Source: an uncultured cyanobacterium (lineage in GTDB: Bacteria > Cyanobacteriota > Cyanobacteriia > Phormidesmidales > Phormidesmidaceae). Taken from it: DNA of 64,000 nt. Below the pieces are notes generated by a model that did no database searches, was not told the origin of the DNA, and worked only from the letters and a program-made list of their open reading frames with translations. The position numbers and the translations under genes are program-made. Shown one piece after another: positions 38,810-47,489 of the stretch; the first letter of the stretch is position 1, and each line of letters opens with the position of its first letter. The DNA is taken from assembly GCA_963793265.1 (NCBI GenBank), contig CAWBZI010000004.1, positions 672,001 to 736,000 on the forward strand, written 5' to 3'.

Positions 38810-39895
38810 TCAGGCAGACAGCGTAGCGTCTAGCGCTATTCGAGCAGGCTTAAAGCTGGGGTTCAGCGACAGCGCTTTTTCATAGCTGGCCCTGGCACTT
38901 TCTATCTCTTTTTGCTGAGCCTGAACGGTACCTAGATGATAGTAAAACTGTGAATTCTCAGGGCTTAAGGCGATCGCGTCTTGAAAGTAGCTAGTAGCAG
39001 CTTCGTAGCTTTTTTGCTGCTGAGCGATGCGTCCAAGCTTAAATCGCACCCAGGGAGCCTGGCTATTTAGGGCAATAGCTTTGCGGTAATTTTCAGCGGC
39101 AGGCGCGAAGTCCTTTTGAGCAAACTGAACTTCACCCAAAAATTGGTAGGGCCTGGCATCTTCTTGGTTAAGAGTGATCGCGCGCTCGAAAGCGGTCACC
39201 GCTTTTTCCCACTGCTGCTGTTTTTGGGCTGTCTGGCCTAGCTGAAAGTGTGCATTCTGTAGGCGACTATCAATAGCCAGCGCAGCTTCGTAAGCACTCC
39301 CAGCCTCTTCTAATCGATCTTGGGCGAAATAGACATTTCCCAATGCAACGTGGAAGCTTGGATTTTTGGGATTGAGGGCGATCGCCTCTTGGAAGTAGCC
39401 AATAGCGGCTTCATGCTCTCGCTGTCTTTGAGCAATCTGGCCTAGCCCAAACCGTACCCAGGGAGCGCGGCTACCCAGTTCAACCGCCTTTTTGTAGGCT
39501 GATTCAGCAGCAGCAATTTCCCCCTGTAGGAACCTGACGCGGCCTAGAAACTGATAGGGATTGAAGTCTGCTGGATCTATGCGGATAGCGCATTCGTAGG
39601 AAGAGGCGGCATCGTCCCACCGCTTTTCAATTTCAGCAATGCGTCCGAGCTGAAAATGAGGCGCTGCTTGATTCGGATCGATGGTGGCTGCCTGAATATA
39701 TTGGTTTGCCGCCTGGCTATAGTCTTTTTGCTTAAAGTAAATAGCGCCGATTGCCTTGTGAGCATCCGTATTTCTAGAATCTTGCTCTAACGCTTGATAG
39801 TAAAGTCTCAGGGCTTCGTCTGTGTGGCCTTCCTGCTGAGATTTGTGAGCCTGTTGCAAACAGTCTGATACTGTTTCAAAGTAATTTGATTCCAT
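38810..39895 (-). CDS. TPR-only protein, paralogue of its neighbour
   Basis: About 10 TPR motifs sharing YQFLGEVQFAQK and APWxRxKLGRIAQQQK with 37140-38753. Confidence 0.88.
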   Translation of the reverse strand: MESNYFETVSDCLQQAHKSQQEGHTDEALRLYYQALEQDSRNTDAHKAIGAIYFKQKDYSQAANQYIQAATIDPNQAAPHFQLGRIAEIEKRWDDAASSYECAIRIDPADFNPYQFLGRVRFLQGEIAAAESAYKKAVELGSRAPWVRFGLGQIAQRQREHEAAIGYFQEAIALNPKNPSFHVALGNVYFAQDRLEEAGSAYEAALAIDSRLQNAHFQLGQTAQKQQQWEKAVTAFERAITLNQEDARPYQFLGEVQFAQKDFAPAAENYRKAIALNSQAPWVRFKLGRIAQQQKSYEAATSYFQDAIALSPENSQFYYHLGTVQAQQKEIESARASYEKALSLNPSFKPARIALDATLSA

Positions 39896-40938
39896 TTGGC
39901 CTAATGCCTCCTAATCGCTTGCAACCTTAGATAAAAGCGAACGTCTACGCTAATGTATATTCCACTACTCTTGCCGTTTTCAGTGTGTTTACACGCGACA
40001 TATGAGCAAGTCAACTTATAGCACGCTCGTTGGATGAAGAGATGTTGATTGTGGACACTTCTTTTTTGAAAAGTAGTCCTTGCGCTAGTTGCTATTATCT
40101 AGCTCACGACGAATGGCCTCTAGCTCTTCGTCTATGCCTTGCTCAGGCTGATGAGGCGTTTTGGATTGGGTGCGATCGCGCGCTGTCCTCCCAGCATTTC
40201 CATCGAGTTCTTTGCCAGTTAGTCGCAGCTAGCTCAGATAGGCTAGCCCCGGTAAGCCGAGTAGAAGCGCGATCGCGATAGGTTGAAATTTAGAACAAAG
40301 GGTTCTTCTTTATCACCGGGCACCGCGATACAAATACCCAGTGCTACCCAAGGTGCTCATAGCATAGCTATGAGCACTACTAGCCTGTAGTCATAAAGCA
40401 GCGTGTAGATGTCCTGTAGGGTCATGATAGATCGAAGCCATAGATATTAGCGCAAGCCGCTTGCTGAGTATTGTATGTCAGTGAGTATCGAACGAGCGGT
40501 ATAGCCCGTGGGTGCTATCTAACACGCTGCCGAGGCTAGATCGCAGGTTGTAAAAAGTTTGTTTTTAGCGATCGGGACGTTTTCTATGTTTGTTTTGTAA
40601 TTGTTGTACAAAGTTTTTATTTCTCTTCCGTTTCACCTACTTTCTTGCTCGTTCTTTGCAAGATTAAGTCTACATAAAGTCGTCTTCAAGTTCGTCTAAA
40701 TATCGGATAACTCTGTTTTATTGCGATAGACTACTCAGGGCTGCAAAACCACGATCTACCAAAAGTAAACTCGATTCTGTAGATAGTCACAAATCGTTGT
40801 TCTCAGATAAAACCATCTCGGCCAAAGTCTTAAAGTCTCTCGCTCGAATCTCCTTTTTATGATTTTCTTTCAAATCGAAGGAAGAGAGAATCACGCTGAC
40901 AATTTCTTTATACATCTATTACATAATTTCTATCATCC

Positions 40939-43900
40939 ATGGCTCAACCCAGCGCACAAGAACAGTACTTACTCGAACTTATCAACCGCTTTCGCACGAA
41001 TCCAGCGGCTGAATACGATCTGTTGGTTAATTCAGAAGACAGTGACGTTAACCGGGCGATTGCCTTCTTTGGCGTAGACTTGGGCGTATTGAGCAATCAG
41101 TGGTCTACGCTTAGCTCGGCGCAGCCTCTCGCCTGGTCAAATCAGCTCGGCAGCTCTGCAGATACGCATAGCCAGCTCATGATCGATTTCGATCAGCAGA
41201 GCCATAACTTACCAGGCGAGCCAAGCCTACTAAACCGAATTAATGGTGCTGGCAGCAACAGCTATAGCGTGGTTGCTGAAAATATCTTTGCCTATTCAAA
41301 CTCTCCTTTTTACGCCCACGCCGGTTTTGCAATTGATTGGGGCGACGATGATGGTAACGCTAACAATGGCTACGGTACGGGTATTCAAAATCCGGCAGGC
41401 CATCGGGTTACGCTGCTGAATGATACCTATCGCGAAGTGGGTTTAGGCATTATTGAAGAAGATAATCCGAACACGAAAGTGGGGTCTGAAGTGGTTACGC
41501 AACACTTCGGCTTTCGGAGTACGGGCACAGATGAGTGGCTATTGGGAGTCGCCTTTCGCGATTTGAACGATGATGACCTTTATAGCGTGGGCGAGGGGCT
41601 AAACGCGGTTACGGTTGACATCGAAAGCACAGATACAGAAGGCGGCTTTAGCACGTCGGTACAAACGGGACTCGCTGGTGGCTATCAGGCGCTTGTTCCT
41701 CAGGGCGAGTATACTGTAAGCTTTTCTCGGAACGGAAGCCCGTTGCAAACAACTAGCAGTACTGTAATTGTAGCTAATGACAACGTTAAGCAGGATTTAC
41801 AGTTAGACGTGGGCGTTGCGCCGAGTGCTGGACTTGGCAAGATTGTGGGCATTCAGTTTGATGATGCGGATGGCGATCGCATCCAGGATGTAGGCGAAAG
41901 CGGCATTGCTGATCGCACTGTCTTTATAGACAGCAACGGTAACCGTCAGCTAGACAGCGGTGAAACAACGACGCAAACAGACGCCGATGGCATCTATATT
42001 TTCAACAATCTTACGCCTGGCACTTATTCTGTTTTACCTGTTGTTTCAAGCAACAGAGCACAAACTTCCCCCAGTCCTAATGCACCGATTGGATCAGAGA
42101 CTTATCAAATAGACGATGGTGCTGATAACGGCTGGGGCGGATTTGTCGGTGATGCGCTGGTATTCAATCAGTTTGAAACGGTGCCAGGACAAGAGACGCT
42201 GACTTCTATTTCGGTAGCGCTCTCTAAGCGGGGCAATCCGACAAAGCTATTTATTTATCAAGATGCTGATGGTGACGATACGCCAGAAGGTAATGAGCTA
42301 TTGCTAAGCGTGACTCCAACGTTCACGGGTACCAGCGGGTTTGCCAATGTGGCAATCGATCCTACCGTGGTGAGCGGCACATTCTTTGTCGGCGCAGCCT
42401 ATGCAGCAGGCAGTCCTTATACTTGGGTGCTTAGAGACACCGATGCTGTCGATGGCAAATCCTGGTCAGCCACTTCTTCAGATCCGACGAATTTCTCAGC
42501 TTCTAAATATGCCTCTAGCGATTGGCTGCTGCGCGCAAATGCCGCTGGCACGCTACCGCAGGTGGTGACCGTTGAGGCAGATAAGACGGTAAGTGGCGCT
42601 AATTTTGGCGATCGCGCAACGGGCATTGCTCTTGAAGTTCCTGTCGTTGCAACGATTACTAACGACACCGACGCGCCTAACGATGGAATCACGACCGATA
42701 ACACGCTGATCATCTCTGGTACTGCTGGCAGCAACAATATTGTCACTATCCTTATTAACGATGTTGCTGTCGGTACAACAACTGCTGATGTATCTGGCAA
42801 CTGGACATTTGACTATACCGCTGTTCAACTGGCTTACCGTGACCATAGCATCAAGGCAAACAGCCGCGATAATGCCGGTAATGTAACCTCAGATTCTGCT
42901 GTTTTTGCACTAACAGTGCTGCCTAATGCAACAGCAGGTAACGATGTTATTAGTGGCACATCAGGCGGCGATACGCTGTACGGCTTAGCTGGCGATGACA
43001 CGATCTACGGCTTAGCTGGTGATGATACTATTAGCGGCAACGAAGGTAACGATACTATTAACAGTGGAGAGGGTAATGATCTGCTCTTTGGCAATGATGG
43101 TAATGATTTCCTGATCGGTAATGACGGTAACGATTCTATAGAAGGAGGTAACGGTAACGATAGGCTTTATGGCGGTGATGGCAGTGATGTTATCAGTGGC
43201 GGCGCGGGCAATGATATTATCTACGGTCAAGCAGGCGTTGATACGTTAACGGGTAACGCTGGTAGCGATGTTCTCTTTGGTGGTGACGGCAATGACATCA
43301 TTGACGGAAACAACGGTAATGATATTTTGCACGGGCAAAATGGCAATGACACGCTCAGCGGCGGTGATGGCAACGATAGATTTTACGGTGGCGAGGGTAA
43401 TGATACGATCAGGGGGGGCAACAACAACGATATTCTTGTTGGCGATGCTGGCAACGATCTACTCTATGGTGAAGCCGGTGATGACTTCTTAAACGGTAAA
43501 GAGGGCGAGGATACGCTAGTCGGCGGCGACGGCATCGATAGACTCTATGGTGGACTAGATAACGATGTACTCACTGGTGGGCTCGGCAACGATATGCTCT
43601 ACGGCGAGGAGGGCGACGATACGCTCACAGGCGATGGTGGTAACGATACGCTTAGAGGTGGCGAGGGTGATGACATTATCGATGCGGGCAATGGCAACGA
43701 TATTCTTCACGGTCAGATGGGCAACGACATTTTGAATGGAGGTAGCGGTAACGACAGATTTTATGGCGGTGATGGCAACGATACGCTCAATGGCCAAACT
43801 GGCAACGACATTTTAATCGGCGGAGTGTTAGGTGGCACTGACCTACAGATCGATACGCTGGTAGGTGGTACGGGCGCTGATACGTACGTCATACAAACAA

Positions 43901-44133
43901 TGTATGCTGGCTTTAATGACCAAGACTATGCTCTCATCAAAGGATTCAGCACTTCTGACGACACTATTGAGCTAGGTAGCGGTACTTTCACGCTTGCAAC
44001 AACCTCTGGAGCCTTACCTACTGGTACTGGTATTTACAACGACAATAGCGACTTAATAGCTGTTATCGAAGGTTACACAGCCAACAGCTTAAATATCAAC
44101 GCTAACTATTTCAGCTCATCTGTCAGAACATAG
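40939..44133 (+). CDS. Secreted CAP-domain protein with SdrD-B/Ig-like domains and RTX Ca-binding repeats
   Basis: EQYLLELINRFR, AENI, GHRVTLL, YREVGLG (CAP); FDDADGDRIQDVGE and TDADGIYIF (SdrD-B); DGITTDNT (Ig-like); many GGxGND nonapeptides; no N-terminal signal peptide. Confidence 0.88.
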   Translation: MAQPSAQEQYLLELINRFRTNPAAEYDLLVNSEDSDVNRAIAFFGVDLGVLSNQWSTLSSAQPLAWSNQLGSSADTHSQLMIDFDQQSHNLPGEPSLLNRINGAGSNSYSVVAENIFAYSNSPFYAHAGFAIDWGDDDGNANNGYGTGIQNPAGHRVTLLNDTYREVGLGIIEEDNPNTKVGSEVVTQHFGFRSTGTDEWLLGVAFRDLNDDDLYSVGEGLNAVTVDIESTDTEGGFSTSVQTGLAGGYQALVPQGEYTVSFSRNGSPLQTTSSTVIVANDNVKQDLQLDVGVAPSAGLGKIVGIQFDDADGDRIQDVGESGIADRTVFIDSNGNRQLDSGETTTQTDADGIYIFNNLTPGTYSVLPVVSSNRAQTSPSPNAPIGSETYQIDDGADNGWGGFVGDALVFNQFETVPGQETLTSISVALSKRGNPTKLFIYQDADGDDTPEGNELLLSVTPTFTGTSGFANVAIDPTVVSGTFFVGAAYAAGSPYTWVLRDTDAVDGKSWSATSSDPTNFSASKYASSDWLLRANAAGTLPQVVTVEADKTVSGANFGDRATGIALEVPVVATITNDTDAPNDGITTDNTLIISGTAGSNNIVTILINDVAVGTTTADVSGNWTFDYTAVQLAYRDHSIKANSRDNAGNVTSDSAVFALTVLPNATAGNDVISGTSGGDTLYGLAGDDTIYGLAGDDTISGNEGNDTINSGEGNDLLFGNDGNDFLIGNDGNDSIEGGNGNDRLYGGDGSDVISGGAGNDIIYGQAGVDTLTGNAGSDVLFGGDGNDIIDGNNGNDILHGQNGNDTLSGGDGNDRFYGGEGNDTIRGGNNNDILVGDAGNDLLYGEAGDDFLNGKEGEDTLVGGDGIDRLYGGLDNDVLTGGLGNDMLYGEEGDDTLTGDGGNDTLRGGEGDDIIDAGNGNDILHGQMGNDILNGGSGNDRFYGGDGNDTLNGQTGNDILIGGVLGGTDLQIDTLVGGTGADTYVIQTMYAGFNDQDYALIKGFSTSDDTIELGSGTFTLATTSGALPTGTGIYNDNSDLIAVIEGYTANSLNINANYFSSSVRT

Positions 44134-44142
44134 TTCACAGTC

Positions 44143-44180
44143 AGGCTCTCAAAGTCTCAGTCACTTAGCTTTGAGAGCCT
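44143..44180. terminator. Hairpin between convergent genes
   Basis: Perfect 12-bp stem AGGCTCTCAAAG / CTTTGAGAGCCT. Confidence 0.65.
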
Positions 44181-44189
44181 CTCAAAGTC

Positions 44190-45011
44190 TTATGTTGCGA
44201 CTGCCTCACGCAGTTCCAATTCAACCATTTTCAACATGTCCAGTCGAGTTCTACTTAAACCACGACCTTCGCGACCAAGGGTTATAAAAAACTCACAGCC
44301 TGTAGTGGGAAAAAAGACAACTTCCTTAAATGAAGTGAAGCCTAGAGTGTATAAGTCGTGAATGACAAGCCGAAAAGAGCTAGGCGTAAAGCACCAGGAA
44401 TGCAAATCGATATATTCACCTCCAGAGAGAATGGCATTCATCTTCTCGCGAGCAAGCTCTGGCGAATGAAGTAGCTTGTAGTCTCCTGCTATTTCTTTAT
44501 TCCACGCAATTCTTGCCCCTTTTGAAACAACGCTTAGATAGAACTCTGCGGCTTCACCTGGCGTGTGAATAGATTGGTTTTGAACGTGATTATCAATGAT
44601 CTTTGCAAGTCCAGTAGTGGGTCTAAAATGATCGAAGCAGTAGCGTTTGTCAGGAACAGCAAGTGAGAGTACACCATCATCTTTAAGCACACTGTCGCAC
44701 TCCTTTAAGAAGCCGATGAGATCTGGTGTATGCTCAATCACATGCGCAGCAATAATCCAATCGTAAAATTTTCTTTTACCTGTCAATACATCGTAGGGCT
44801 GACCACTCCATACAAAATCGACTTCTTCAATATTGTCAATATTTACTTTGTGCGGTGTATATTTTTCAACCAAATCTTTCTGGCTAGCATGGTCAATGAT
44901 ATGAACTTTGTATCCTTCTTTTTTGGGGGCTATAGGACGGTGGCTGGGGCCAATTTCGAGCCCGTACCCGTCTCTTTTGAGACGATGTAGAATCTTTTGG
45001 CGTCTGTGCAT
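44190..45011 (-). CDS. Class I SAM-dependent methyltransferase
   Basis: GLEIGP, YDWIIAAHVIEHTPD, LKDDGVLSLAVPDKRYCFD. Confidence 0.85.
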   Translation of the reverse strand: MHRRQKILHRLKRDGYGLEIGPSHRPIAPKKEGYKVHIIDHASQKDLVEKYTPHKVNIDNIEEVDFVWSGQPYDVLTGKRKFYDWIIAAHVIEHTPDLIGFLKECDSVLKDDGVLSLAVPDKRYCFDHFRPTTGLAKIIDNHVQNQSIHTPGEAAEFYLSVVSKGARIAWNKEIAGDYKLLHSPELAREKMNAILSGGEYIDLHSWCFTPSSFRLVIHDLYTLGFTSFKEVVFFPTTGCEFFITLGREGRGLSRTRLDMLKMVELELREAVAT

Positions 45012-45053
45012 GGGTTCTATACGGTTTGTATTATTTATATTTTGATAAATACG

Positions 45054-45302
45054 CTATCGATCTATAGCCTTGACTAAATACCAGAAGGCGAGAAACAGCA
45101 TGATAGGAACTGCTAAAAATATAATAGCTAATACCTCTGTGCCATTAAAGAACAGAATAAGGCACACTACCATGTGAAAGGCTAGCAGCAGACAAGTTAT
45201 AACAGCTCTAGAGCGCCCTTTTAAGAATCTAGAGTGATCCTTACTGATATCAACTTTTCCTCGACCTCTATTATCTGGGATAGGATCTTTTAGATTGTGC
45301 AT
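45054..45302 (-). CDS. Small hypothetical protein with two TM helices
   Basis: 82-aa ORF co-oriented inside the cluster with two hydrophobic segments. Confidence 0.5.
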   Translation of the reverse strand: MHNLKDPIPDNRGRGKVDISKDHSRFLKGRSRAVITCLLLAFHMVVCLILFFNGTEVLAIIFLAVPIMLFLAFWYLVKAIDR

Positions 45303-45350
45303 AAGTCCGAAGTTTGTCCAGGGTTAAATCAGTGGATGAGTACTTTGCTA

Positions 45351-46652
45351 TCAACTTGTAACTGTATTAGCTACAGGCGATGCATGAACAGACAACTCTA
45401 TTTTTGCAAGCTGCATAGTCGTTCCGTTATACAGACGAGCTTGGACATCTAAAACGGGATCGGGATTGTTCCCAAAGTACTCTGCTACAAAACGGGGCGA
45501 TAGCTCTTTTGAGCATAAGAAACCTACTGTATTTGAGTCCGTAACTTGTGGAAAACGCTTTAGTACATCGGGCCTTGCATCGTGAAGCTGGCCTGCGAAT
45601 AAAAGCTTACTCCGATAGAAAATATCGACTTGCTGAACATCGTTATCAGCAGAGACAACCCAGCCTTTAATCACTAAACAGGGACAGTTCTTCCCCTGTT
45701 TGAAGTAAGGATTTATGTTAAAACCCAAGAAATGCGTATTCAATCCGTCTGATTTCAGAGTTCTTTTCACCTGGTAGGCCTCGATAGAGGCCATACGAGC
45801 CTCTATCTTTGAATTGCACAGATCAATGGAATCGACTTCACTTTGAAGTGTACAAATGTCTGCCCTCAGAAGATCTTCGTATATGGGATTCCAAATATTG
45901 AGTACATTACTAAAGAAAGCCTCACTCGCAAGACTAGGCAGCCTATAGTTGCTTATACCTTTTTCAAAGATATCGCTAATTTCAGTCGGCTTTGGCCCGT
46001 GAAAATGAAGTATAATGGCCTCTGGATTAAGCGTCCAGTGGCCTTTCCAGTTCATAGTTTCAGGTAGCCATTCCCATCTGTTTTCAAAGTAAGTCTTGAG
46101 AAGATGCTGGTCATACCCAAGATCTTTTGTCAGGATTAGCTGCAAGTTGTTCAGCGAATAGCTGATAAAATCTTCATAAACATTTAGAAAACCGTGAACG
46201 TTCATGAGCATCACGCCGGAGTTCATGTTTTGCTTCTCGCGGTTGTGTAGGGACTCTCTAGACACGGCAAAGTATTCACACTTTGCATCTGTTAGATATT
46301 TTGTAGGATCCTTGATGAATACAACGTCTACGTCAGTGTAGAGAATGTACTCGTCGTCGAATCCATGACTCTCTAATACCTTAGGGATTTCGCATCGTAA
46401 CAAAGCACCGCTAGCAATGGCTAGTCTACTCGCGTTGATCTGCTTTATCTCTGCATACAAAGGTGTACGGTGGAAATAAACAGTGACACCTTGGGCCTTG
46501 AGCCAGATAGTAAAGTCGCTTTCTTCTCCGTCATATAAGCAGTATGGCTCTAGAGACGTGTTTGCCTTGGCCGAACTGACGGCAACTTTTGCTTGCTTCT
46601 GGTATGCAGACGCTTTTTTCCCAGAGTCGTTGAGTGAGAAAAACCACTTCAT
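45351..46652 (-). CDS. GT8-like glycosyltransferase with a C-terminal beta module
   Basis: ILYTDVDVVF (DxD), MNSGVMLMN, YDQ, ILHFHGPKP. Confidence 0.8.
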   Translation of the reverse strand: MKWFFSLNDSGKKASAYQKQAKVAVSSAKANTSLEPYCLYDGEESDFTIWLKAQGVTVYFHRTPLYAEIKQINASRLAIASGALLRCEIPKVLESHGFDDEYILYTDVDVVFIKDPTKYLTDAKCEYFAVSRESLHNREKQNMNSGVMLMNVHGFLNVYEDFISYSLNNLQLILTKDLGYDQHLLKTYFENRWEWLPETMNWKGHWTLNPEAIILHFHGPKPTEISDIFEKGISNYRLPSLASEAFFSNVLNIWNPIYEDLLRADICTLQSEVDSIDLCNSKIEARMASIEAYQVKRTLKSDGLNTHFLGFNINPYFKQGKNCPCLVIKGWVVSADNDVQQVDIFYRSKLLFAGQLHDARPDVLKRFPQVTDSNTVGFLCSKELSPRFVAEYFGNNPDPVLDVQARLYNGTTMQLAKIELSVHASPVANTVTS

Positions 46653-46655
46653 TGA

Positions 46656-47315
46656 TTAAACCTTGGATACCGCTAAAAACTTATCTCTGACGGCAGTATA
46701 CAGCTTGATATCTTCTGTATTCTCTCGTTTGATATGCTCAATGACATCTTCTGTTAGGTCTTCTCTTGATATCTCTAAAGACTTTCTGTCTTGATTTTTA
46801 GCAAAGTTCATTCTGCGCTCTTGAAGCTCTAATCCTGTCATATTATTAAATATTGATAGGGAGTGGGCATACTGTTCAGTGAGACCAACGAAGTAAAAGT
46901 CGTCGATGTTGAGTCCTGAGAAGCATCCATACTGCTTGTTTTTATGTATGGGACTAGCGCAGAAAACTTCTATTGACTGCGTGTACCCACCCAGCCTAAC
47001 GTGATGGTTGTATTCCGAGATAACACGAGCGACAGGCTCCCTAACAAAGGCAATGAGCTTTGCGTCTGGGAAGATGTCCTTATATTTTGACGCCGGGAAA
47101 TGACCTGATACAAAGTCCGCCTTGTTTTTTTCGGCAACTTCTACAAGCTCATTAGGTCTATCATTGTATACAGTCGTTTTTATTTCATTGGATGTGTTCG
47201 GAGAGTCTGCACCATAGTCCCAGAGACTTGAAAGCTTATCTGCAAGTGAAAATCTGAATGAAGTTCCAGCAGTTTTCGGAATATGAACAAAAATATATTG
47301 CATTGACAGCTCCAC
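46656..47315 (-). CDS. Sulfotransferase (Sulfotransfer_2-like)
   Basis: 5'-PSB FVHIPKTAGTS; 3'-PB FVREPVARVISEY. Confidence 0.88.
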   Translation of the reverse strand: MELSMQYIFVHIPKTAGTSFRFSLADKLSSLWDYGADSPNTSNEIKTTVYNDRPNELVEVAEKNKADFVSGHFPASKYKDIFPDAKLIAFVREPVARVISEYNHHVRLGGYTQSIEVFCASPIHKNKQYGCFSGLNIDDFYFVGLTEQYAHSLSIFNNMTGLELQERRMNFAKNQDRKSLEISREDLTEDVIEHIKRENTEDIKLYTAVRDKFLAVSKV

Positions 47316-47489
47316 AGAATAGATAAATTCTTAATTGCGCTTAAGCTCCAATCTTATGAGTGGAGCATCACAAACTTTCTAGCTTTCTAGAGTGTTGAAA
47401 TCTTATTTTAGTACACTATGCTTTCAAACACGAGCTTAGTAAGGTATAGAAAAAAGATCTTGACGGTATGTGTTCTATTTCCATTTAGA

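Noticed and set aside
37140..39895. Dense GCGATCGC sites in TPR genes as a special repeat system
   Set aside because: HIP1 simply fits the Ala-Ile-Ala codons of the TPR consensus
40030..40281. 83-aa plus-strand ORF
   Set aside because: TTG start and no motifs; the opposite strand looks more protein-like
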